A program made the position numbers and the translations under genes. Below, piece by piece: positions 13,240-24,720 of a stretch of 64,000 nucleotides of DNA (position 1 is the first letter of the stretch; each line of letters starts with the position of its first letter). The stretch comes from Malacoraja senta (taxonomy: Eukaryota). Location of the stretch: positions 2,420,001-2,484,000 of the forward strand of contig CM075996.1 in the NCBI GenBank assembly GCA_038087875.1. The letters run 5' to 3'. Under the pieces are notes generated by a model. It worked only from the letters and a program-made list of their open reading frames with translations. It did not search any database and was not told where the DNA came from.

Positions 13240-13760
13240 TCCTAATCTGAGGAAAGACATTCTTGCCATAGATGGAGTACAGAGAAGGTTTGCCAGACTG
13301 ATTCCTGGGATGGCAGGACTTTCATTTGAAGAAAGACTGGATAGACTTGGCTTGTACTCGCTAGAATTTAGAAGATTGAGGGGCGATCTTATAGAAACTT
13401 ACAAAATTCTTAAGGGGTTGGACAGGCTAGATGCAAGAAGATTGTTCCCGATGTTGGGGAAGTCCAGAACAAGGGGTCACAGTTTAAGGATAAGGGGGAA
13501 GTCTTTTAGGACCGAGATGAGAAATTTTGTTTTCACACAGAGAGTGGTGAATCTGTGGAATTCTCTGCCACAGAAAGTAGTTGAGGCCAGTTCATTGACT
13601 ATATTTAAGAGGGAGTTAGATGTGGCCCTTGTGGCTAAAGGGATCAGGGGGTATGGAGAGAAGGCAGGTACAGGATACTGAGTTGGATGATCAGCCATGA
13701 TCATATTGAATGGTGGTGCAGGCTCGAAGGGCCGAATGGCCTACTCCTGCACCTTCTATG
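13240..13760 (+). mobile_element. CR1 (HER1-like) LINE, 5'-truncated: ORF2 C-terminus and 3' UTR
   Basis: LEFRRLRGDLIETYKILKG...RGHSLRI...FTQRVVNLWNSLP motif. Confidence 0.92.
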
Positions 13761-16704
13761 TTGCACACTGTACCCTCTTCAAATGTGGAAAGGTACCCAC
13801 CAATAACAGACTCTGTCAACTGAAATGAGGTAGGCTGAATATTTTGAGCTGCGTTTCACGGTTTTTCTATTATAGATGCTGGTGACAATTCACGATGATG
13901 AGAACAGGCACGTGTGTGTTGCAATGCTTCTATATCTAAAGCAGGATTAGCAATAATAATTAACATTTGGGAAAGCAGGAGTCTGCAGTTGCTCATGCTC
14001 AAGCCCTTCACTTCGAAATGTCACAGCAGAAATGCTCTTGTACCTTAGAGCAGTAAATGTGCCAGGCAATTTGAAAAAGCACTCGTACTGGGATTTATAC
14101 ACTACACACACTTTTTGGGGGTTACCAGCCAATTATGAAATCTATTACGCATCTGAAGGGTTCACAGAGCTGAAGAATATGTCACCAGAGCAACCGCAAT
14201 CCTCCAACATTTTCAAAATAACGACCAATTATCAAGCAGGCATGATGATTCTTTCTTTCCTTGACACCATCATTATTATCATTAAGATAGGAGGAACAAG
14301 GTTTGGATGCCAGGGCTGCTTTAAACTTAATGGAGCATTAGGAAGTGGATCCAGTAAGTTATGGTGAAGAATGCAAATACCAGACAGCACAAGGAGAAAA
14401 ATCACTCACCCACAGGCTAACATTGCTGAATAAGTTACCAAGGAAGGTCACTGGTGCAGATAGTTGGATAGTTTAGATGTGCTTTGTAGAGCAAAGGGCT
14501 TAACAAGTATATGGGCTTGATGATCCTTGAAAAGGAAATAACAGGTTTATTGGGCATTTTAAAGTAAATTAATTAAAGAAAAGTCGTAATATCTTGCTGG
14601 AAGAAATGTCTTTGCCTACTATCTTTGGAATTCTTTGGCCAAAAAGGCTGCGGATGCTCAGTAGTTGACAAAACCTGATAGATTTTTGGAATCAAGGTTT
14701 AGATTTGAGCAAAAAAGTGGTGCTGGGACATAATCTTAATGAATAGTTGAGCAGGGGTCTGAAAACTCCCTGCAATCAGTCTGAAGAGGGTCCTGACCTG
14801 AAACATCACCCATCTATGTTCTCCAAGGATGCTGCCTAACCTGCTGAAGTACACCAGCAATTTGTCTTTCTTGGTAGAGCAGCATCTGCAGTTCCTTGTT
14901 TCTACATTTTGAGGAGTTCATTGAGTGGGCCAATATTAGAAAAGAGTTTGGAAGAAAGGAATGCTGCCATTTTATTGCAAGAGAAACAAGAACATATGGA
15001 TTATATTGAAGTTTCAAGTTATTTTCATCAACGTGGTTACTCTGACAGTCAGAAACATTTTTTAAAGTGCATACTGTTCTACTTAATAGAAAACTCCTTA
15101 AAAACAACTGCAACAAATATCTACTCTCTTTAACTTTATTGAAAGCAAATTTAAACCTGAACCCAGTCAACTTCCGGCACTTTACAAACTAACATTCTGT
15201 TAAGTGTTTAAGAAAGAACTGCAGATGCTGGAAAAATCGAAGGTAGACAAAAATGCTGGAGAAACTCAGCGGGTGAGGCAGCATCTATGGAGTGAAGGAA
15301 ATAGGTGACATTTTGGGTCGAGACCCTTCTTCAGACTGTTAAGTGAGCTCATTCAGCACACAATGGCCAACTTGCAACAGGAGTATTGTGCACAATCTCA
15401 AGCAAATATCCTGTAAAACTTTTTTTCAAAGTTCAAAGGGTATCAATATATATTCTCCAAGATGTCCTGAGAACTCTGTTAGTAAAAATGTAATGTAACT
15501 GTGCTAAATATACCAAGACGGGCATGGGTTGGAGTGGCAGAGTGTGTTGTGCTAACTGATCCCCAGCCAGGTTAGCTGTGTGGATTCTTTTGACTGGCCT
15601 CATCAGTACTAGAGCAGGAATCGTTTTCATGGCCGGGCTTTCCTTTGTGATCCTCACTCAGAGAGATGCTGGCTGAAAAGTTTAGTAATTGATGACTCGA
15701 CAAGAATAAGATGAGGGACAACTTCAAAGTCCCACAAAGCAGAACAATGTGGCTATATTCGTTGCCTAAGGAAAATGAAGTTATTAGCTTTTAGCAGTCC
15801 TCTGGAATTTGTACCGAATTCTACAAAGTGAAAATGACTTCTTTATAAATGAAAAGTGACTCAAAAGCTATGAGAGTTGTATTACACACTCTATTTTCAG
15901 TTTTCAGGAGAAAACTGGGAAGAAACACAGCCCAAATAGGGTGTCAAACAGCAATGAATCAAATTGCCAATGGAAGCTCTAAAGATTCAGGTAGATGATC
16001 AGAACTTAAAAACAAACAAAAAAACAAACGTAACGCTTTTACACCCTGAAGTTTCCATGAATCCTGACCACCGTACAGTAATCTTCCTCCACCGACTTTA
16101 AACTCAATTTAGCCGTCATTTCAACTGTTATGCTTTGTAGCTTTGGTGCTGACCGTGAACAGGAACCAAGATGATTTCTTCCACTCAAACAAACAAAAAC
16201 CTTTCCACAAAACTTTTCCCTCTACAGCTGAGCGCCCGCAGAGCACAGAACAATGTATTGCATTCACCTGGCTTCACCTTATGGCACTTTCAGCATGCCG
16301 AAACAATGTTCTCAAAGTCAACCGTTTAAACGAACGGTTAGCAAACACAACTCAAACCATTTACAATAATATACATTTTCCAACAGATCATTTTCCTTCA
16401 CGAATTTATGTTTTTTTTTTAAACCCAGGAACGGACTTTATCCGCCCCTTCTTTTTAGTTCTTTTTTCCCCCCCAGAGACAATGAAAATAACTGATAACT
16501 GAAGATGAAAAGAAAGAATTTATACTTCAATCGAAGGGATTTAATTTGAGACAACTAGAACATAGCTTTCAGGGGATAAGGGTCAGAAATTTGGATCCTC
16601 AAGTCTGCTGCCCAATTCAAAGTTATTAACACAATGCTCTTTCGTCTTTCCAATTCAGCTGCATGTTTCCCGGAATAATCCCTTCGTTCTGTTAATTGCC
16701 TTAC

Positions 16705-16748
16705 CTTTTCTTGTGCCTCAGTGCCTTCCCTACTGCCTGTAGGACCAT
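16705..16748 (-). CDS. MOB2: MOB2-like first coding exon (MVLQAVGKALRHKKR)
   Basis: aggATGg start, donor AG|gtaagg, phase 2 joins exon 2 in frame; in-frame TGA upstream; resembles the MVLQAVSKVLR N-terminus of a MOB2 isoform as recalled. Confidence 0.85.
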
Positions 16749-17984
16749 CCTGCACTGCTCCAGGGCCCCCTCGTTAATTCACTCAATGGACAGACTGCAG
16801 GAAACCGGCACAAGCAACAGTAAGGCCCACCACCCTGCACAATAGCCAGTGCAAAGTGCTCCCCTATCCAACACAGCCAGCTAAAGCCACTCTGCAAACT
16901 AGTTTGACTGCATTTGATGTGCTCATAGGGCTGGCTCCCCGGGAACACGCCAAAGGGAACCAATAGCAGCGGAGACTGTTGCTGCTGCCACGACAACACA
17001 AAGACCTCAGGGAGCGTCTGTAAAGTAGCTAACCCCAAACACAAAAGGAGTCACCCTACCCTCCTCAGGGACAGATGCAAAGAAAATGAACGAGTACGCT
17101 GCAATTAATCGTGTCGCTGAGGCACTTACTATTGTTGCCACCTGGTATTTAACATCTAGGTATCAAACATGAAACAAATAAACTAAATGTCAGAAACTAA
17201 TAAATGTTACTATTATACTATACACCTGGTCAACTTCCTCGCATCATATAAAGAGTACTCCTTTCTCCCACCAGCTCTAGATTAGCAAAGGTGTCAAAAG
17301 TTACGGAGAGAAGGGGGGGGGGGGGGGGGGAGAGAATGGGGTTTGGAGAGAAAAATAGCTCAGCCAAGATCAAATGGCAGAGCTGTCTAGATGGGCCAAA
17401 TGGCCTGAATCTGCTCCTAAATCTTAAGATCCATGATCGTACTTGCCCTTTTCATCTCAAAATAATCCTTGCTTAGCGGGGCAAAGTCTACAATTACTCC
17501 AGGGCACAGTAATGTAGAAGTTTAACCATTCACATGCCATTAAATTTTACTGACACTTTAGCAATGAGGCAGAACCAGAATTTCCCCCAAAATTTCCAAG
17601 GAACATTTCAGAGTATAAATATTGATCTACTCAATCAACCAGAACTCTTCGCTACACTGCATGATTTATTCTCTGAAGGTGGACAACCAAGTGCCAGATG
17701 TTATGATTAAGTTAGGCAAGAGAAGAATATTATGCAGGAGGGAAAAAGCAGATGCTAGCCCAATGCTTTCATGGTGACTTGATGAATTATTTCATGCAAG
17801 AGCTAAACCAGTTTTGGCTCTAGCGTGTCAGGAAGTGGGATAACTTAGAACTAGTGTGAACAGGTGATCGATGATCGATGTGGACTAGATTAGCAGGAGG
17901 GCCTGCTTCCATGCTATATCTTTCAATCAGCCAATATTAAGATGAGGGGAAATTTCTTCGATCAGGATGGTAAATCTCTGACAC

Positions 17985-18535
17985 GTATAGCTCCCTTCGA
18001 TGGTGGGGAGGGCAGGACCCGCGATGGATCAGGCTGTGTTCACCACTGTTTACAATCCCCTTTGTACCTGGGCGTTCGAGTTGCCGAACCAAGCCCTGAT
18101 GCAACGAGTCAATATGCTCTTTCCATTACACCTGCAGAAGTTCAAGACAGTATTGGTTGAAATACCGTATCTACTCAATCTTCCGAGGAAGTAAAGGCAT
18201 TGATGCGCTTTATTTAAGATTGCATCAATGTGCTGTGTCAGGGACAGATCTTCAGAGATATGCATGCCAAGGATCCTGGTTATTGACTCTCTCCACCATC
18301 AACCCATGCTGAAGACGGGCTCGTGGATCCTCCACCATACTCTTCTACAATCAACAATCGGTTTCTTGGTTTTACTGACGTTGGGAACAAGGGTGTTGTT
18401 CTGGCACCATACAATCGGACGACCAATCTCCCCCTTACACTTTCTCATCATTATCCATAATTCATCGAATGACAGTAGTGTCGTGAGTGAATTTAAAGAT
18501 TGAGTTGGAACTCTGGTTACACAGTCATGGGTATA
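17985..18535 (-). mobile_element. Rex1/Babar-type LINE RT remnant
   Basis: HISEDLS...KAHQCLYFLGRL...NFCRC...SILTRCIRAWFGN. Confidence 0.75.
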
Positions 18536-18543
18536 GAATAAAT

Positions 18544-18917
18544 CAAAGATCCTATAGCAAGCACTCGAGTCCACGCGACGAAAAAGACGTAGTACGGTCA
18601 TGGGCAGATTCATGGGTAATTTAAGGCCCCATTTCCATAACCGGCTTCCGTCTCCGCACCAAATATCCCATAGGATACTAGTGTGGAGACGGAAGCCGGT
18701 TACGGAAACATCCTCGTAAAAATAAAAGTTATTTGGTAAAAATCTTCTCCTCATTTTCAGAATTTTAATTTATTAACACAACTGTTCCCCGCAACGTTGA
18801 TTACATTGCGAGTCGGGTCGGGTTACTGAAATGGATGAAAAAAAGGCCCACGTTCCGTTCCGTTGCCCATTGCATTTAGCAGGAGTGGTCTATCTTGCTA
18901 AATCTATAGGATCTTTG
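18544..18917. mobile_element. Non-autonomous DNA transposon (MITE) with 8-bp TSD; P or hAT superfamily
   Basis: Perfect 14-bp TIR CAAAGATCCTATAG/CTATAGGATCTTTG; perfect TSD GAATAAAT (18536-18543, 18918-18925). Confidence 0.88.
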
Positions 18918-18969
18918 GAATAAATAGAGATTTGCCATTCAACAAGTTTAAAACTAAATCTGCTCTAAA

Positions 18970-19740
18970 TGCAATGTACTATTGTCATGCATTCCAAGAT
19001 ATAATGAAAACTTTGCTTGTGTGCTATCCAGTCAAATCATACTAAGCATCAATGCAATCACACCATATACAGGTACTACAGGTAGTGCAAAGAGAAAAAA
19101 TAACCAGACTGCAAAATAGTGTCACAGTGCTACAACTACAAAGAAAGAGCATATTTTCTTTTAAAGTGCAAGGGCTGAAATGAAGTAGGTTGGGAGATCT
19201 GGACTACACCCGTAGCTTATGAGAGGTCCATTCAGTAGTCTGAGAACAGCGGGGAAGAGGCCGTTCCTGAATCTGGTGGTATATGCTTTCAAGCTTTTGT
19301 ACATTCTGCCTGATAAGGAGAGGGGAGAAGAGGGAAAGTCAGGGGTGTAAATGGGCCTTGATTATATTGGCTGCTTTCCCAAGACAATGTGAAGTGCAGA
19401 TGGAGTCAATGGGAGGGGGGGGGGAAAGAGGTGGCTGGTTTGTGTAACAGGACAGTGGTCTTGTGCAAGGCTGTTGCCAAAACCAAGCTGTTATGAATCC
19501 CGGAAGGATGCTTTCTATAGTGCATCTGTAGATGTTAAGAGTCATTGGAGACACGCTGAACTTCCTTAGTCTTTGGAGGAAGTAGAAATGTTTGGTCTGC
19601 TTTCTTGGCCATAGCTTCAATGTGGTTGGTTCAGGACAAAATGCTGGTGATATTAATGCCCAGGAACTAGAAGCTTTCATCCACTTTGGCACCATTGGTG
19701 CCGGCATTGAGCGAGAGGTTGTCATCTTGACACCGACTAG
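18970..19740 (-). mobile_element. Rex1/Babar-type LINE 3' remnant
   Basis: FYFLQRLRKFSVSPMTLNIYRCTIESILPGFITAWF. Confidence 0.75.
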
Positions 19741-21169
19741 CAAAGCTCTGCACTTTCCGAATAATCAGAAACAAATGAAAAGTATTTCTGCACTATAGCA
19801 TTTGAGCATTAAGCTTATATTACAGCACTATTCAGAAAGTTGATGCTTATTGTGCCAAATTACATGTGCAACTGTAATTTAGGTAAATAAGATAATTAGT
19901 ACCAGCTAAACCCATAGTTGTAATCATGGCGCCAAAAGAAGAATAGAGAAAGGCGAAGGGGGCTTTGTTCGAAGTACTTATCAACAATTTGGATGCAGGC
20001 CGAGGGGGGAGCAGCATGAACTAGGCAAAGGATGCCAAAACAGGAGGCATGGTTTATTCATTAGAGGATAAAGAGAAGTGGCAGAGGAAATAATGAAAAG
20101 GACTGAAATATTGTTGCTGCCGTGATTTGATATCATTAAGTATGAGATCATGTATTTTGCTTCACAAAACTTATGCATTTAACCAACGCAGAGTTTTCCC
20201 TGCAGAAGTGGTGAGAGATTTGTAGAGACAGATTTACAGGATAGTAAAACCCGCGAACATTACACAAAAAGCTACTGCTTTCATCGTAAGGAATTAGGTC
20301 AAGGGTCAAGACGTCGCACATAACATAGGCAATACTGATGATAAGGAGTGCCGTCTCCAAGAACAGGAAACTGAATCATCTTCCCTTGACATTCTTGATG
20401 TGGCATGCTTATCATCAAATCCTGATGGATCATCGGTGAACTCCTGTAGATACGTCACGAATGGTGCGGTTTCAAGTGTAGGTCAGTGTTGACAAACTAG
20501 CCACAGATTACTCAACAATAATGGCCAAAGCCCAAGACCAACTGTGATGGAATACTCCCCACCTGCACGGACCATAGTTTCAACACAAAATCTGGCTCAA
20601 AATAACCCACATAACAGAAGATAAATCACAAAATGCTGCAGTAACTCAGCGGGTCAGGCAGCATCTCTGGAGAAAAGGAATAGGTGACGTTTTGGGTCGA
20701 GACCCTTCTTCCTAAAGACCCGAAATGTCACCTATTCCTTTTCTCTAGAGATGCTGCCTGACATGCTGAGTTACTCCAGCATTTTGTGTCTATTTTCGGT
20801 GTAAACCGGCATCTGCAGTTCCTTTCAACTCACTTAACACATCATCAGTAAAGTAATAGAATATATCCTTATGATGCTTTCAAGCATCACTAATGCTACA
20901 GTTTTCTGTTTGCTACTGCCTTGTGTGAGTTTTGCCAGGACAACGTGGCTCCAGATTCATCACGGCCTTAGTCTAAAATGGTGAATACCAGAGAGGAGGC
21001 AAGACTGACGACCCTTGACATCAAAACACTTGACTGAACATGGTACCACAGAGTCCCAGGTAAAATTGAAATTCATGGCCCTTAAGGGATAAACACTGGC
21101 GTCATACCACAGCCAATGGAAGAAGGTTGTGATTTTCTGAAGCTTAGTAACGTCAGCTTCAGCACATCA

Positions 21170-21408
21170 CTCACAGAGAGTGGTGAGTCTGTGGAATTCT
21201 CTGTCTCAGAGGGTGGTGGAGGCAGGTTCTCTGGATGCTTTCAAGAGAGAGCTAGATAGGGCTCTTAAAAATAGCGGAGTCAGGGGATATGGGGAGAAGG
21301 CAGGAACGGGGTACTGATTGGGGGTGATCAGCCATGATCACATTGAATGGCGTTGCTGGCTCGAAGGGCCGAATGGCCTACTCCTGCACCTATTGTCTAT
21401 TGTCTATT
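21170..21408 (+). mobile_element. CR1 3' fragment with (TATTGTC)n tail
   Basis: Same 3' UTR as copies at 8755-8882(-), 39630-39748 and 55282-55577. Confidence 0.85.
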
Positions 21409-23199
21409 ATCATTGTGTATTCTGCAGCAAATAACATCCCGCTCGTACCTCCAAAGTTTTTTCCAAGACACCAGTCAAGAGCAGGATAGAGTACTCATTG
21501 CCTGACTGGATTAGTGGAACTCCAACGTTACTGGAGAAGACCAATGTCAACTGTACACCTTTGCTTATCCATCACTTTAAACATTCACTCTCTCCATCCT
21601 CACTGCCACTCCTTGTGTTGCTGGAAGCAGGGCAAGCTGCTGTTGTGATAGATTATGTAAGTAGGGTGACTAATGTTGAACTGACGAGGAAGGATCTGCT
21701 CACAAGCAAAGTGTGGGATGATTATAATAAACAGATCTTGTTTTTGTATGGCTTAAACACAGTGCAGTCAAAGCAGAGAGTGCCCCCGGCTATACAGGTT
21801 TTAAGGAAAGCCAAAACCAAAATAGGTTATGGAAAAAATTTGAGTTGAAGAATTCCGATAGGCAAACCTCGTAAAAGTCTACTTGGTCTGGGGTTCTTGT
21901 AGCAGTTGTGTTGAATCTGGGAAGCCAATACAATTGCTGCAGTTTGAGCCAACATTCATCCAAAAAACATCAGTTTTCAGGTATTTGAGTGCAAAGCAGT
22001 TAGCATCTATAGCATCATAGAAAATAGGTGCAGGAGTAGGCCATTCGGCCCTTCAATATGATCATGGCTCAAACTATGTTTGAGAAGGAACTGCAGATGG
22101 AGGAAAAATCGAAGGTAGACAAAAATCCTGGAGAAACTCAGCGGGTGAGGCAGCATCGCGATCCGAAACGTCACCTACTCCATCACTCCATAGATGCTGC
22201 TTCACCTGCTGAGTTTCTCTAGCATTTTTGTCTACCTAGCATCTACGTTTTGTATTTTCGAGGCAAATATGAGCTTGCTAGTTTGTATATTCTAAGGCGC
22301 CCCGACTAGGTTTTTCTATTGTGTTCAATTCTGATAGAACATTGAATGCCATGATCTACATTGTATAGTTAAGTTTTGATATCCCTAACAAAATATTTTG
22401 CTCAAGGCTTCACACGGATTACAGACTGCAAGAATCAAACCTAGCATTGACTGCACAAACCGCTGGGCACGTCAGAGCTTCACACAAACACGTAACAGAC
22501 AAAAGAAATAAAACATGTGGTAGCAGCCTTCGAGTCTTTGTCCTTCACACAGTTCAGAAAAATTACTTTGGTTGTACGGTAACAACTTAAAACAATAAGA
22601 ACTGAATGAAATCACAATCAGGCTCCAGCTTTGACAAGATCTCCCACAGAGTGTGATTTTCAAAACTAGATGTGGTTAAAATAAATCTAATGTATTTGTT
22701 TCCTTAAAGCTTATTTCAGATCACCTTTGCTGCATGTAAATCAATATCTCCCCCCCCCCCCCATCAATTATAACAGCATCGGTGGAAACAAATGGACATT
22801 TATATTGTGACACAAGTCCCCATTATGAGAGCCTCACCAAACAGTAAACATGTGACTTCTGGGAAAGCAGAGACCTGGCAAGTAGATACATAAGATTGCG
22901 GTGAGGATTAATTAGAAGGCAAGCTTCCCAAATTTTAACTCAGGTATGTCACCAGGTGAGTCAACAGATGGCGACCCGATCAGCACCATAATTACACAAA
23001 CAATAAAACTGAGCAAAAGATTTTGAGCCAGATTCATAATTTATTTGTGGCTAGTCACATAAATGCGGCTGTCTGCCTATCACAAGTTGGAGATGGATGC
23101 TTTGTTTTAGACATCTAAGATTAAAAAGGGAAAAAAACCAACTGCATTTGAAATGCACCAAAATCCTTTTTCCTAATCCATGTTGAATTCTCCCTAATA

Positions 23200-24720
23200 G
23201 AGTCACAGAGTGATACAATGTGGAAACAGGCCCTTCGGCCCAGCTTGCCCACACCGGCCAACATGTCCCAGCTACATTAACCCCACCTGCCTGCGTCTGG
23301 TCCATATCCCTCCAAACCTGTCCTAAACTGCTTTTTAAACAATGGGATGGCCCCAGTCTCAACTACCTCCTCTGGCAGCTTGTCCTATACACCCACCACC
23401 CTCTGTGTGAAAAAGTTACCACTCGGATTCTTACTAAATCTTTTCCCCTTCACCTTGAACCTATGTCCTCTGGTCCTCGATTCCCCTATTCTGGGCAAGA
23501 GACTCTGTGCATCTACCCAATCTATTCCTCTCATGATTTTATACACCTTTAAGATTCCCCCTCATCCTCCTGCGCTCCAAGGAATAGAGACCCAGCCTAC
23601 TCAACCTCTCCCTATAGCTCACACCTTCTAGTGGCCGATTAGGAAAAGGGGAGATGCAACGAGACCTGGGTGTCATGGTACACCAGTCATTGAAAGTAGG
23701 AATGCAGGTGCAGCAGGCAGTGAAGAAAGCAAATGGTATGTTAGCATTCATAGAAAAAGGATTTGAGTATAAGAGCAGGGAGGTTCTACTGCAGTTGTAC
23801 AGGGTCTTGGTGAGACCACACCTGGAGTATTGCGTACAGTTTTGGTCTCCTAATCTGAGGAAAGACATTCTTGCCATAGAGGGAGTACTGAGAAGGTTCA
23901 CCAGACTGATTTCTGGGATGGCAGGACTTTCATATGAGGAAAGACTGGATAGACTCGGCTTGTACATGTTGGAATTCAGAAGACTGAGGGGGGATCTTAT
24001 AGAAACTTACAAAATTCTTAAGGAGTTGGACAGGCTAGATGCAGGAAGATTATTCCCAATGTTGGGGAAGTCCAGAACTAGGGGTCACAGTTTAAGGATA
24101 AGAGGGAAAACTTTTAGGACCGAGATGAGGAAATCATTTTTTACACAGAGAGTGGTGAATCTGTGGAAGTCTCTGCCACAGAAGGTAGTTGAGGCCAGTT
24201 CATTGGCTATATTTAAGAGGGAGTTAGATGTAGCCCTTGTGGCTAAAGGGATCAGGGGGTATGGAGAGAAGGCAGGGATGGGATACTGAGTTGGATGATC
24301 AGCCATGATCATATCAAATGGCGGTGCAGGCTCGAAGGGCCGAATGGCCTACTCCTGCACCTATTTTCTATGTTTCTATCCTCGTAAATCTTCTCTGAAC
24401 CCTTTAGAGATTGACAAAATATTTCCTGTAACATGGTGCCCAGAACTGAACACAATATTCTAAATGCAGTCTCATCAACGTCTTATAAAACTGCAACATG
24501 AGCTCCCGAACTTTTATACTCAATACTCTGACTAATGAAGGCCAATGTGCCAAAAGCCTTTTTGACCACCTTATCTACCTGTGACTCGACCTTTAAGGAA
24601 CCATGCACCTGCACTCCTAGATCCCTCTGCTCTACAACACTCCCCAGAGGCCAACCATTTACTGTGTAGGTCCTGCCCTTTTTAGACATCCCAAAATTCA
24701 ACACCTCAAACTTATCTGTA
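23200..24720 (-). mobile_element. Second CR1 family on the minus strand, interrupted by the 23632-24378 insertion
   Basis: Minus-strand pieces YTVNG...EQRDLGVQVHGSLKV and SYRERLSRLGLYSLERRRMRG; tail GGGCCGAAGGGCCTGTTTCC. Confidence 0.85.
23632..24378 (+). mobile_element. Young CR1 LINE fragment (open 211-aa ORF2 C-terminus)
   Basis: RDLGVMVH...LYRVLVRPHLEYCVQFWSP...; TTTCTATG-type tail; close to the 13240 and 27359 copies. Confidence 0.93.

Noticed and set aside
23654..24289. 211-aa ORF as a host gene
   Set aside because: CR1 ORF2 C-terminus, multi-copy within this window.
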